A DNA stretch of 64,000 nt from Alphaproteobacteria bacterium (GCA_049653105.1 JBASFQ010000017.1:3304-67303); one strand, 5' to 3'; positions 1-9,483 are shown, numbered from the stretch's first letter. The notes: generated from the letters alone by a model not told the origin. Made by a program: numbers and translations.

Positions 1-957
1 TGCAGGAACTTCCTGCGCCCGCTGTGCAGCCAAAACAATGGTCTGCAAAAGCGATATCCTGATCAAGTGACGAGAAGGACGGAATGTCCCATATCGTCCT
101 CGATCTGAAATTCAAGGGAATTTCCAGCATCTGGTTGAAATCGCAATCATAGAGCTTTCCGTCCCAGCTGATGGAGACAAGCTGTTTGCACATCACTTCC
201 TGTGCGGCTTGCACATTGAAGTTATCGATCAGGAGCTGCATATACTGCTCGGCTAGACCATCGCGCTCCAGCATATGCGCAAAACGCTTTATTGGCATAT
301 TCGTGATCGTGAAAAGACTATTGAACACAAGGCCGAAGTTCTTGTGCAAATGCTCCTTATAGGCAGCCTCCAGCTTTTTCTGCTCCGGCGGCAAATGTGT
401 ACCGACAGGGTTATAGACAAGGTTCAAGATTAATCCGCTATCGGGCTTTCCGTATCCCAAGGCATTGAGCTTTTCGAGTGCGGCGATGCTTTTACCAAAC
501 ACGCCTTTGCCACGTTGCGCATTGACGTTGTCTTCGAGATAGCATGGCAGTGAAGCGACGATCTGCACCTTTTGTTCGGCCAGAAATTCCGCTGTATCTT
601 CCTGTCCCTTTTCAAAAAGAACCGTTAGGTTACAACGATCAATGACGTTCTTGCCCATGGCACGAATTTGCGTAACGAAAGTGCGAAAATGCGGATTAAG
701 CTCCGGCGCGCCGCCCGTGATATCGACAAGTGTAATATCCGGCTCCGTCTGCAAAAGCTCAACTATCCGGTCTATCGTCATCCGTTCCATATTTTCGGTG
801 CGGTTGGGGCCAGACTCGACATGGCAATGGTGGCACGCCTGATTGCACCTTTTGCCGATATTGACCTGTAGCGTCGTTATAACCTCGCGCTTGAACTTCA
901 GCCCACTGCGCGAAAGCGTTTCATCAAATCGATTGGTTCTGGAAAGACTCCCGTCCA
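1..957 (-). CDS. arsS: Radical SAM/Cys-rich protein, ArsS-like (arsenosugar-biosynthesis type radical SAM); 3' end runs off the window start
   Basis: Manual minus-strand translation from ATG at 955-957 gives MDGSLSRTNRFDETLSRSGLKFKREVITTLQVNIGKRCNQACHHCHVESGP..., with a CxxxCxxC radical-SAM cluster motif and a C-terminal Cys-rich segment (CDFNQM...CFGCTAGAGSSC). GGAGAA RBS about 10 nt upstream. It is absent from the ORF track only because it is truncated by the window edge. Confidence 0.6.
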
Positions 958-959
958 TT

Positions 960-2399
960 TTATGTTCTTCTCCATGCAAGGAATTTTTCAACGATCTTTA
1001 ATCCGAGTTTCGGCACATGCGCCTTACGCCAAACGCCAGCCGCATATTTGTTGGCCTCGCCGAGCGTTGGGTAGATGTGGATCGTACCGAGTATTTTATT
1101 CAGCCCTAGACCATGCTTCATGGCGAGGATGAATTCGGGGATAATGTCGCCTGCATGCGTGCCGACGATCGTCACGCCGAGAATTTTGTCTTTTCCTGGC
1201 ACTGTCAGGGCTTTGACGAACCCATGTGCTTCGCTGTCGGCGATTGCGCGATCAAGATCGTCGATACCGTATGTCGTGATCTCATAGGGAATATTCTTCT
1301 CTTTAGCGTCTTTCTCGTTGAGGCCGACACGCGCCACTTCGGGATCGGTGAACGTCGTCCATGGAATGACACGGTAATCGACCTTGAACCGCTTGAAGGG
1401 CGCAAAGAGCGCGTTTACGCTCGCGTACCAGGCTTGATGCGCGGCGGTATGGGTAAATTGATATGGCCCTGTGACGTCGCCGCAAACGTAAATGCCAGGG
1501 ATATTCGTTTCAAGAAAGGAATCGGCATCTACGGTTTTCCGTGGGGAGAGTTTTACGCCAAGCTCTTCAAGCCCGAACCCCGTCACATTTGCCTGCCGCC
1601 CAAGAGCGATGATGATTTGATCGAAAGCGATATCGACATCGCGTCCGGTATGTTCGCACGTCAATATTTTTTGTCCGCTATCCGCTCTGAACGATTTGGC
1701 TTTATGGTTTGTCAGAACCCGAATGCCTTCGGCCTGAAACTTGTTGGTGACAAAATCGATGACTTCAGCATCTTCGCGCACCAACAGGTGGGGGGCCATT
1801 TCGACGATGGTGACTTCCGATCCCAGCCTTGAGAAAGCCTGTGCCATTTCAGCACCAATTGGCCCACCGCCCAGAACAAGCAGTCGCTGCGGACGTTCCC
1901 GCAGATTCCAGACCGTATCGCTTGTTAGATAGTCGATTTGATCAAGACCTGGGATTGGTGGAACCATTGGCCGCGCACCCGTCGCTACGATGATGCTGCG
2001 TGCGGTCAGCGTCTTGCCGTTTACCTCGACACGGTTGGGGGCCACAATCTTGGCCGCACCTTCGATACAATCGACACCAAGCTGCGTATAGCGCTCAACG
2101 GAATCATGCGGCGCAATGGCCGTAATGACACTTTGGACGCGTTCCATCACCTTGGCGAAATCAAAATCGACTGTTGTTTTATTGAACCCGAACTCTTCAG
2201 CTCTGCGGGCATAGGACAACATTTTGGCTGACCGGAGCAACGCCTTGCTCGGTACACAGCCCGTATTCAGGCAATCGCCGCCCATTTTATGCTTTTCAAT
2301 CAGGGCAACCTTCGCCTTCAGTGCGGCGGCAATATAAGACGAAACCAGCCCTGCCGAGCCACCGCCGATAACGATTACATTGTAGTCGTATTTGCTCAT
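960..2399 (-). CDS. Class I pyridine nucleotide-disulfide oxidoreductase (mercuric reductase / dihydrolipoamide dehydrogenase-like flavoprotein)
   Basis: FAD fingerprint VIVIGGGSAGLVSSYIAAALKAKVALIEK; redox-active disulfide GGDCLNTGCVPSK; C-terminal dimerisation motif HIYPTLGEA. The likely true start is the internal ATG at 2399 (MSKYDYN), preceded by GGAGGAAAG. The 595-aa track ORF is an upstream extension in a different frame from the DedA gene. Confidence 0.8.
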   Translation of the reverse strand: MSKYDYNVIVIGGGSAGLVSSYIAAALKAKVALIEKHKMGGDCLNTGCVPSKALLRSAKMLSYARRAEEFGFNKTTVDFDFAKVMERVQSVITAIAPHDSVERYTQLGVDCIEGAAKIVAPNRVEVNGKTLTARSIIVATGARPMVPPIPGLDQIDYLTSDTVWNLRERPQRLLVLGGGPIGAEMAQAFSRLGSEVTIVEMAPHLLVREDAEVIDFVTNKFQAEGIRVLTNHKAKSFRADSGQKILTCEHTGRDVDIAFDQIIIALGRQANVTGFGLEELGVKLSPRKTVDADSFLETNIPGIYVCGDVTGPYQFTHTAAHQAWYASVNALFAPFKRFKVDYRVIPWTTFTDPEVARVGLNEKDAKEKNIPYEITTYGIDDLDRAIADSEAHGFVKALTVPGKDKILGVTIVGTHAGDIIPEFILAMKHGLGLNKILGTIHIYPTLGEANKYAAGVWRKAHVPKLGLKIVEKFLAWRRT

Positions 2400-3088
2400 G
2401 CTTTCCTCCGGCGGCGGATGGCCGCGACGATTTTTTTGGCAATCAAGGGAAACAACCCCAAAACAATAAAAGCCGCCAAAAGAGATGGCGACGCGATGTC
2501 GGAGAGAGACTGGATTTTTCCAAGCTCCGTACCTGCGTAAACATAAACCGCCGTCCCAGGCAGCATGCCAAGTTGGCTTGCGCCATAGAACTGACGTGTT
2601 TTGATCGGCATGACGCCCGTCAGGATATTGACAAGGAAAAATGGGAATACGGGGATCAGACGCAAGGCGAAAAGATAGAACGCGCCTTCCTTCATGAAGC
2701 CTTCGTTGAGCGTGGCCAGTTGCTTTTGGTAACGTCCTTGTATCCAATCTTTCAGTAAAAACCGTGATAAAAGAAAAGCCAGCGTGGCACCAATGGTGCT
2801 GGAGAAGGATACAGAGACCAAGCCTTGCCAGAAGCCGAACAACGCCCCGCCCAAAAGTGTCATGACGGCAGCTCCAGGCAACGACAGTGCGGCCACCGCG
2901 ACGCAGGCGGTAAAAAACAACCCCACGGTTATGAATGGATGTTCGTTATAGTAGCTCGCAATGGCGGCTTGCTGCGTACGGATAAATTCGAGGCTTAAGT
3001 AATCAGTGAGATGCAGCTTCCATGCCGCTATGACGGCAACAAGAAGGAACAAAACTATCATAAAGCGGATGAGTGTCTTCTTATTCAT
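2396..3088 (-). CDS. TVP38/TMEM64 (DedA-family) membrane protein
   Basis: About 6 predicted TM helices, a conserved glycine-rich re-entrant region (GGALFGFWQG ... PGTAVYVYAG), and a basic C-terminus. Its stop overlaps the downstream start as ATGA. Confidence 0.7.
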   Translation of the reverse strand: MNKKTLIRFMIVLFLLVAVIAAWKLHLTDYLSLEFIRTQQAAIASYYNEHPFITVGLFFTACVAVAALSLPGAAVMTLLGGALFGFWQGLVSVSFSSTIGATLAFLLSRFLLKDWIQGRYQKQLATLNEGFMKEGAFYLFALRLIPVFPFFLVNILTGVMPIKTRQFYGASQLGMLPGTAVYVYAGTELGKIQSLSDIASPSLLAAFIVLGLFPLIAKKIVAAIRRRRKA

Positions 3089-3759
3089 GCTTCTTTACCC
3101 TTAAGCATCCATCCCAAGACGTAGGCTCCAACAAGTGCTCCAGCCAGCTGGCAGATGATGAAAACCGGCGCAGAAGATGGCGCGATTCCGGCGAAGGTGT
3201 CTGAAAACATACGCGCGATTGTCACGGCAGGATTGGCAAACGAAGTCGATGCCGTGAACCAATAGGCCGATGTAATATAAAGCCCCACAGCGACCGGAAC
3301 AAAATCGGGTTTAAAGCGAACGCTGCCAAGAATGGTAGCAATAAGGCCGAATGTGGCGATAAACTCTGAAAACCCTAATGCCGATCCATCACGCAGTTTC
3401 GTTGAAATTTGTAAAACGGGTTCGGCAAACATGGTGTGAGCGATGAGGACGCCGACAATCCCGCCCGCAATTTGCGCTGAGAGGTAAGGGATAACAGCTT
3501 TTTTATCGAATTCTCTCCGCAAAAGGAAAGTTAGCGTTACGGCTGGATTAAAATGCGCGCCGGAAACGGGGCCAAAAATAGTAATGAGGACAACGAGAGC
3601 CGCACCCGTTGCAAGGGTATTGGCAAGGAGCGCGATGGCAACGTTCCCACCCGCGAGGTTCTCCCCCATAATGCCAGACCCGATGACGACAGTCAGCAGC
3701 AAGGACGTTCCAAGGAATTCACTACATAATCTTCTGCCGAGTGAGTATGACATGCGCAA
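3085..3759 (-). CDS. aqpZ: MIP-family aquaporin (AqpZ-like)
   Basis: Two NPA boxes (SGAHFNPAVT and FANPAVT) and six hydrophobic segments. The start may be the internal ATG at 3753 (MSYSL). ATGA overlap with the DedA gene. Confidence 0.85.
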   Translation of the reverse strand: MRMSYSLGRRLCSEFLGTSLLLTVVIGSGIMGENLAGGNVAIALLANTLATGAALVVLITIFGPVSGAHFNPAVTLTFLLRREFDKKAVIPYLSAQIAGGIVGVLIAHTMFAEPVLQISTKLRDGSALGFSEFIATFGLIATILGSVRFKPDFVPVAVGLYITSAYWFTASTSFANPAVTIARMFSDTFAGIAPSSAPVFIICQLAGALVGAYVLGWMLKGKEA

Positions 3760-3764
3760 TCCTG

Positions 3765-4538
3765 TTATCTTACAATTTTGTGACGACCCGCTGCGACAAT
3801 ACGGCCAGCGCGCATCTCTCTTAACAAGATTACAACATCATGAATGCCGTCCTCGTGTTGTAGGGGAAGGCTTATAGTGTTTGATGACTGGAATTCATGA
3901 GCGATATCGTCTAATGCAATCACCGGTGATGTGTAGAATACTGTGCGAGACCAATTTTCTCCTCGTTCGATATATTGATTGTGTGGTGCTCCAATTTTAA
4001 GCAACATCAAACGATATTGACTTTTTGCATCCTGCCAGTTGATGCTGGGCAGAGTTATATGCAAATTTTCTTCCTCGCGCCGGAGCAGAATCTCAGGAAC
4101 AGTTGTCGCCGACTTTAGTGCAGCCGCTGCTTTGTTGCCGTCAGAGCCAACAAATTCTTGCTCGCCATTCACCACCATTTGCGGGGTGTAAATTTGAGGA
4201 GCATTTCGTTCTGCGTTAAATTCTTTCTGCAGCTGAGTTGCGGCCGGTAGAGACAGTTTGTCTTTCCATGCCAAGTGATCCCAGTATGTTATATGATAGG
4301 CTAGAGTGATAGTATTTGTGTCTCGCGACATTATTTCCAGGATTTTATCGGCAGCAGGACACGAAGAGCATGATTGAGACGTATACAGTTCAACCACTTT
4401 GAAGGTTGGAGAATCCTGCGCCATAGACTGATTGTTCCCTACAATCATCATCACAAAACCCGTTAAGCCGATGAAGATTAAACGCCGGAAATGGCCATAA
4501 GCTGAGGTAAAACTGTTTCGCATCATTGTTTGCCCCAT
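3765..4538 (-). CDS. Secreted DUF1223-family protein (thioredoxin-like CxxC)
   Basis: N-terminal signal peptide, then the ELYTSQSCSSCPAAD motif typical of DUF1223. It overlaps the msrA stop by 16 nt. Confidence 0.55.
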   Translation of the reverse strand: MGQTMMRNSFTSAYGHFRRLIFIGLTGFVMMIVGNNQSMAQDSPTFKVVELYTSQSCSSCPAADKILEIMSRDTNTITLAYHITYWDHLAWKDKLSLPAATQLQKEFNAERNAPQIYTPQMVVNGEQEFVGSDGNKAAAALKSATTVPEILLRREEENLHITLPSINWQDAKSQYRLMLLKIGAPHNQYIERGENWSRTVFYTSPVIALDDIAHEFQSSNTISLPLQHEDGIHDVVILLREMRAGRIVAAGRHKIVR

Positions 4539-5119
4539 ACATCCTCAACACGCGCATCGCGGCCGCAGCGATAACGGTAGAATTTATATTGCAGAGGATT
4601 TTTCTCGGCATAGTCCTGATGGTAGTCTTCGGCTGCCCAAAATGCGGCACTTGGTAACAAGTCAACTGAGAAAGTTTTTTTAATCGCAGCCTCTCCCAAT
4701 TTTATCTCGGATTCTGCAAGGAATTTTTCAGCGTCAGAGGAAATAAAAATTGCGGGACGGTAATATGACCCGCGATCACAGAATTGGCCTTCACCGTCAG
4801 TCGGGTCAATTTTGCGAAGAAAATAACGTATAAGTTCTTTGGGGCTGATTACTGTGCTGTCATACTTTATTTCTACGACCTCAAGGTGAGCTGTTTTATA
4901 AGCCTCGGAAAGCTTGTTGTAATCTTGGTATGTTGGTTGTGGCCGATCACCGCCTGCATAGCCGGATTTTGCTTCAACAACCCCTTTGATCTGTTTCATA
5001 TCATGCTGCAGACACCAGAAACAGCCGCCCGCCAAAATCATCGTTTTGATTTCAGCACGCGCAAGTTGCGGCAACCCCAACATAATTGCTAAAGCCAGCA
5101 AAATCATAGAACGCATCAT
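4523..5119 (-). CDS. msrA: Peptide methionine sulfoxide reductase MsrA with signal peptide (periplasmic)
   Basis: GGCFWC active-site variant of the MsrA GCFWG motif and a C-terminal YHQDY motif. The likely start is ATG at 5119 ([22 protein letters not shown] signal peptide), with AAGGA 8 nt upstream. Confidence 0.8.
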   Translation of the reverse strand: MMRSMILLALAIMLGLPQLARAEIKTMILAGGCFWCLQHDMKQIKGVVEAKSGYAGGDRPQPTYQDYNKLSEAYKTAHLEVVEIKYDSTVISPKELIRYFLRKIDPTDGEGQFCDRGSYYRPAIFISSDAEKFLAESEIKLGEAAIKKTFSVDLLPSAAFWAAEDYHQDYAEKNPLQYKFYRYRCGRDARVEDVWGKQ

Positions 5120-5220
5120 TTGATATCCTTCTCTGCAGGAGTAAACTTGGGGGCTAAACCATTCATGCAATATCTCTTGCCCGTTGGCTCTGGTCCGTCA
5201 TCAAACACATGTCCCAAGTG

Positions 5221-5235
5221 CCCCCCCCCCCCCCC
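5221..5235. repeat. Homopolymeric C15 tract (G15 on the coding strand of the operon), about 100 nt upstream of msrA
   Basis: Read directly: 15 consecutive C between gtcccaagtg and acagcgacgg. Confidence 0.9.
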
Positions 5236-5803
5236 ACAGCGACGGCAGTGGACCTCTGTCCTTCATAAAAATAATAGGCACTGAGTTTTTTGGTTAACTA
5301 TCCCTCCACTGAACGTTTCTTTGGCATAACAGGATATCGGCAGAATATCTTGTGGAGGCCTCTTTCGAGCGTCTTACTAGGAGTAAATACGTTCCTTAGA
5401 GGGAGATGGTTACACCTGACTCAACATATTTTCTTCTGGGTGTAACCACGGGTTGATGTTAAAGTTTAGCAGCAACATATGGGACAATTCGATGAGTGCT
5501 GCTCTCTAAGGCGACACCTGGTGCAGGATACGTTGATAACTGTACTTGCAATGAGACAGACCACAGATACGAACTATCACTTTGCCCATGTATTGCGGCT
5601 ATCGTGCGGAATTTCTGGATTGAATCCACGCGCAAGACACTAAAATGCGTCAAATTAGAGCTGAATCAGGAGTTGTCATCTCAAGAGCATGATCTTGACG
5701 AGTGCGCCAAGCATGACGTCACTACTTTGCTGTACGTCGTCAGATAAATTTGGACAACTGAGCTAAAAAGATAAGGTGATGATCTGGCTCCCGTTGGTTG
5801 ATA

Positions 5804-6787
5804 TTAAGCTGCGGCTCGTTCGAGGTGCAACTGCTTTCGTAAAGCGATGGTCTTGCGTTTGATGGCATCGCGCTTTTTGAGGACGGCAACGCTTTGTCCG
5901 GTGAAGACGCATTCGGGCGTCAGGTTATTCAGACTTTCATGATATCTCCTTGTGTTGTAGTGGGTAACGAAGTCGTCCAGCTGTCGTTCGAGATCGCTCG
6001 GCAGGTAATGGTTCTCGAGCAGGATGCGGTCCTTCAGCGTGCGGTGCCAACGTTCGATCTTGCCCTGTGTCATTGGGTGATAGGGTTTGCCGCGCGTGTG
6101 CGGGATGCCGTTCTCACCGAGCCAAGCCCGCAGTTCCTGTGAGACGTAGCACGGCCCATTGTCGCTAAGCAGCCGAGGACGATGCCGGACATTGACGCGA
6201 CTAAGCCCCGTGGCATCCAAGGCATTCTGCAGCGTGTCAGCAACGTCTCTGGCACTCATTGATCGGCACAGCCGCCAAGCGATAATATAACGCGAGAAGT
6301 CATCCATCACCGTCGAGAGATAATACCAGCCCCAACCGATGATTTTGATGTAGGTAAAGTCTGTCTGCCAAAGCTGGTTGACCGCCGTGGTTGGGTTGAT
6401 GAACTTGTCAGCCGCCTTCATGACGATGAATGCCGGAGCTGTGATCAGATCGCGGCTCTTCAGGATGCGATACACCGATGATTCCGATAGATAATAGCGG
6501 TTTAGCTCGGTAAACCGCACCGCTAGCTCACGTGACGACAAGTCTGGCTCGGCAAGGGCCAGTGTCACCAGCTGTTCCGCAACGACATCGGGCACTTTGT
6601 TCCAGACAGGGCCAGGTGCCGGCTTTTTGTCCTCCAACCCGACAAGCCCATCCGCGACATAGCGGCCATACCAGTTATAGAAAGTCGAGCGCGAGATGCC
6701 GATTTGCGCCAGCGTCCGGCGCACCCCTAACGAAGATTGCTCCACCGTGCGGATGATCTCCAGCTTTTCCGAGGCGACATATCTCAT
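5804..6787 (-). CDS. IS3-family transposase OrfB (rve integrase core, DDE); expressed by -1 frameshift from OrfA
   Basis: DDE-type integrase core (WQTDFTYI ... SDNGPCYVS ... YNTRRYHESLNNLTPE). Confidence 0.8.
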   Translation of the reverse strand: MRYVASEKLEIIRTVEQSSLGVRRTLAQIGISRSTFYNWYGRYVADGLVGLEDKKPAPGPVWNKVPDVVAEQLVTLALAEPDLSSRELAVRFTELNRYYLSESSVYRILKSRDLITAPAFIVMKAADKFINPTTAVNQLWQTDFTYIKIIGWGWYYLSTVMDDFSRYIIAWRLCRSMSARDVADTLQNALDATGLSRVNVRHRPRLLSDNGPCYVSQELRAWLGENGIPHTRGKPYHPMTQGKIERWHRTLKDRILLENHYLPSDLERQLDDFVTHYNTRRYHESLNNLTPECVFTGQSVAVLKKRDAIKRKTIALRKQLHLERAAA

Positions 6788-7155
6788 ATGCCGAACTCCC
6801 CATCCGCGATCACGCTTTTTTTAAGCAGACGGTTTTCAAGTGTGGCCTCGGCAAGGGCTTCTTTCAGCTGTGCGGCTTCCGAGCGCAGGGATTTGACCTC
6901 ATCGCTCCCAGCTTCGCGGGTAACATCTCCGGCCAGACGTTTCTTACCTGCTTCCAGAAACTCTTTGCTCCAGCGGTAATACAGGTTCTGGTGCAGTCCT
7001 TCCTTGCGGCAGATCTCGGCAATGCTGTCTTCGCCCCTCAGGCCTTGCAGCACGATGCGGATTTTGTCTTCGGCTCCAAACTGACGGCGGGTGCGGCGTT
7101 TAATGTCACGGACGGTCTTCTCGACCGCGGCGCGGCTGTCTGGTTTCTCTCTCAT
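6784..7155 (-). CDS. IS3-family transposase OrfA (HTH)
   Basis: ...DKIRIVLQGLRGEDSIAEICRKEGLHQNLYYRWSKEF..., then a leucine-zipper-like C-terminus. Confidence 0.8.
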   Translation of the reverse strand: MREKPDSRAAVEKTVRDIKRRTRRQFGAEDKIRIVLQGLRGEDSIAEICRKEGLHQNLYYRWSKEFLEAGKKRLAGDVTREAGSDEVKSLRSEAAQLKEALAEATLENRLLKKSVIADGEFGI

Positions 7156-7232
7156 CTTCGTTCCTTTCGGTTCTACGATGAGCCAGAAATATCACCTTAG
7201 CAATATACCCCATTATGTCCAACTAGCCTTGA

Positions 7233-7535
7233 CGGCGTACAAATGGGGACGAAGAAGGCGCGAGTGATGTAGGCTATTGCTATCACGAAGGCGAAGGAAC
7301 GAAGTCGGATTTAAAAGCAGCTGCCTACTGGTACCGATTTGCTGCGGAAGCGGGTGTTCTCCGCGCACAATACAATCTTGGACTGTGTTATCTTCACGGC
7401 GACGGAGTAAGAAAAAACCGGACGTCTGCATTTAAGTGGTTAAGAAAAGCAGCGCGGCGTGGACACAAGGAAGCTGCAAAATTGTGTCGTGGTCAATCTA
7501 TGCGCGAACCTAAATTGGTAATTATTCATGGATGA
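7233..7535 (+). pseudogene. Sel1-repeat protein fragment (C-terminal about 100 aa) abutting the IS3 right end
   Basis: Manual translation: ...YCYHEGEGTKSDLKAAAYWYRFAAEAGVLRAQYNLGLCYLHGDGVRKNRTSAFKWLRKAARRGHKEAAKLC..., which matches the Sel1 consensus. There is no start codon, and an in-frame stop sits at the IS junction. Confidence 0.5.
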
Positions 7536-8154
7536 CAAAAATTGTTTCCGAAATGAGACATGGGACGGCACGATTGCTGACCATTTCTTTAAAAAACTCG
7601 GGCGAGCCAGAGGCAAAGCGCAATATTTAAAAATACAAGCTCGCTGTATTGCTAAATCCTATCCTGAGACCGCCCACCTTTTACTGAATCGCTATTTTGA
7701 ATTTCCAGTAGATATATTCAGGTCACAAGCTTTCACTATTCGAGCAGAAGCATATGTAGCGCAGGGCAAGATAGCGGAAGCTATTTCATCTTATGAGGAT
7801 GCTCTGGCCCGTGAAGCCGAATTTCCACACTCTCTCACACATGCGTACTTAGACCTTCCATTGCTCATAGTAAATCAGTCATTGGCAGACAAGTATCAGC
7901 GTGCCGTCGTAATTCTTATGATGAGCAAGAAGCGTTTAACGTTTCCGGTAGAACACTTTTTATGGAATGCAATAAATGCAACTATTGCAAAACAATCGTT
8001 GCAGCTTGGAGAGTCTCGTGAGTTTGCTTTGTGCGCCATGCAGGCCGCCCATGTCCAGCATTCAGGTTTTCGCTATCATCCAGACGTTGGCTTGGTGTCT
8101 GATAAATATTCTGATTTGCTTGAACGCGTAATATCCTTGGTTCATGGACGATGA
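7528..8154 (+). CDS. Hypothetical protein (low-GC), possibly an orphan immunity-like gene
   Basis: 208-aa ORF in an AT-rich segment with no recognisable motif. Confidence 0.35.
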   Translation: MDDKNCFRNETWDGTIADHFFKKLGRARGKAQYLKIQARCIAKSYPETAHLLLNRYFEFPVDIFRSQAFTIRAEAYVAQGKIAEAISSYEDALAREAEFPHSLTHAYLDLPLLIVNQSLADKYQRAVVILMMSKKRLTFPVEHFLWNAINATIAKQSLQLGESREFALCAMQAAHVQHSGFRYHPDVGLVSDKYSDLLERVISLVHGR

Positions 8155-8245
8155 TTTGCCTTTGCAAGGCGCGTGCATTGTTTTTTACTTATTTGTACAG
8201 CAGCTTCCACAGAGTGGGGGCCTAAGATGAAGGGATGTAAGGTAG

Positions 8246-8839
8246 GTGAAGATGACAGCATCACTCATGATCGGAGATCCAAAGAGATTTGCTATCGAGT
8301 CTTATATAAAAAACGCTTACGAGCAGCCGGGTCTGCTTGCGTGGGGGTATTTTGTGATTTACCTCAATGGAAAATGCTACGGAGTTCGAGAAAGGGACGC
8401 AACGCTTCTGGCATGTTCCTTCGGTGCTGTGGAAGATCGGATTGCCTGTCGGGGAAAACACGTCGTGCCGTTCAGTTCAGTGCCTAATCCTGTCGAAATT
8501 GCCGACGCGTATAGAAGAATAGAATACACTGGAGAGCATGACCCAGAAGAACTGTTTTTCGGCCTATCAGCGAAACAGTTCTCTTCCGCAGTCTCCAAGG
8601 GGAAGATTTCCTGGGCTCCCGATGGTGACGAAGCCTTTGACGACGGGAGCTATGTCCTACAGATGGATATCGGTGATAGAGTGCGCTTAATAGGGTTTAC
8701 TAGCCAAGAGAGCCACAAGGAAACACTCCAGTCCGTTTCTGAGTATTGGATGAGCGCGGAGGAGTACTACAAAATATTGTCTGAGTGGAGAGATCGATTC
8801 TTGGCTGAGTGGGCGGCGGCTCCCAAAGAAATGACATAG
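8246..8839 (+). CDS. Hypothetical protein (low-GC)
   Basis: 197-aa ORF with a GTG/ATG start and an AGGTAGGTGAAG RBS-like sequence; no motif recognised. Confidence 0.35.
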   Translation: MKMTASLMIGDPKRFAIESYIKNAYEQPGLLAWGYFVIYLNGKCYGVRERDATLLACSFGAVEDRIACRGKHVVPFSSVPNPVEIADAYRRIEYTGEHDPEELFFGLSAKQFSSAVSKGKISWAPDGDEAFDDGSYVLQMDIGDRVRLIGFTSQESHKETLQSVSEYWMSAEEYYKILSEWRDRFLAEWAAAPKEMT

Positions 8840-9144
8840 TGTGAACTTCCCTCGGTTTGCTAGACAAAAGTTAAGTTCTGTCAAACAGAGGTGCAAACAT
8901 TTTGTAAAACACCGTTGAACTTCTAAAAGCTCTGCGCAAGTTGCGTCCTACGTTTAACGGCAAGCCGTTGAACATAGAACATGCGAGCTGAAGCTCGGAG
9001 GCGTTTAAACGGATTTCTTCCCGGCTCACGGGCTCTGGCCGTCGGACAGGTGTTCGACAATGTGTCCGGCGATGTCAGCCAATATGTCTGACGGGCAAAA
9101 CGGCGCAAAAACGTGTTCGGCGCGCTGTATGCCGGATAAATCTG

Positions 9145-9483
9145 ATGGTTTCGCAGAAAAGGCACCTGTCTGGCGACCGTCCTCAAATTCTCAGAGATGT
9201 GACGGGCGTTGGCATTCTAAGTGAATATAGTTTTGTCGCCACAACGTCTCCAATATACGGACGACCAGGGCTTTACTTTCTGAATTGCAGAGCTAGCAAT
9301 ATGAAGCTACTCGTCGCGCCACAGTCCATCAACAAATCATACCCGGAGGGTGCTGATTATTTTGAACTCGAGAGCTTGGCGATGAATAAGATTTCATACT
9401 ACTACGGTGTTGATGTGGATAAAGTTGATTTTCTTAATTTCAGAACACCTAAATATATTAAGACCTATACATGTTTGAAATAA
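9145..9483 (+). CDS. Small hypothetical ORF (possible start at 9298, MKLLVAPQ...)
   Basis: ORF only; AT-rich. Confidence 0.2.
   Translation: MVSQKRHLSGDRPQILRDVTGVGILSEYSFVATTSPIYGRPGLYFLNCRASNMKLLVAPQSINKSYPEGADYFELESLAMNKISYYYGVDVDKVDFLNFRTPKYIKTYTCLK

Larger units (their letters stand above)
5751..7221 (-). mobile_element. IS3-family insertion sequence (about 1.47 kb) with imperfect ~40-bp terminal inverted repeats (TGGACA...TGTCCA)
   Basis: OrfA (HTH) and OrfB (DDE integrase core) overlap in the -1 frame with the slippery run A7G (T7 on the plus strand, about 6815-6822). Left end TGGACAACTGAGCTAAAAAGATAAGGTGATGATCTGGCTC; the right-end reverse complement is TGGACATAATGGGGTATATTGCTAAGGTGATATTTCTGGCTC. 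Confidence 0.8.

Noticed and set aside
960-3088. A DedA-flavoprotein fusion suggested by the 595-aa ORF (960-2747) that overlaps the DedA gene
   Set aside because: The two ORFs are in different frames. The flavoprotein has a good internal ATG with a GGAGGAAAG RBS at 2399, exactly overlapping the DedA stop (ATGA). These are two coupled genes, and the 116-aa N-terminal extension is a spurious read-through.
5409-5451. 9-bp inverted repeat (GGTTACACC...GGTGTAACC) between msrA and the IS as a regulatory element
   Set aside because: The stem is short with a long loop and has no T-tract or obvious promoter context; it could be chance.
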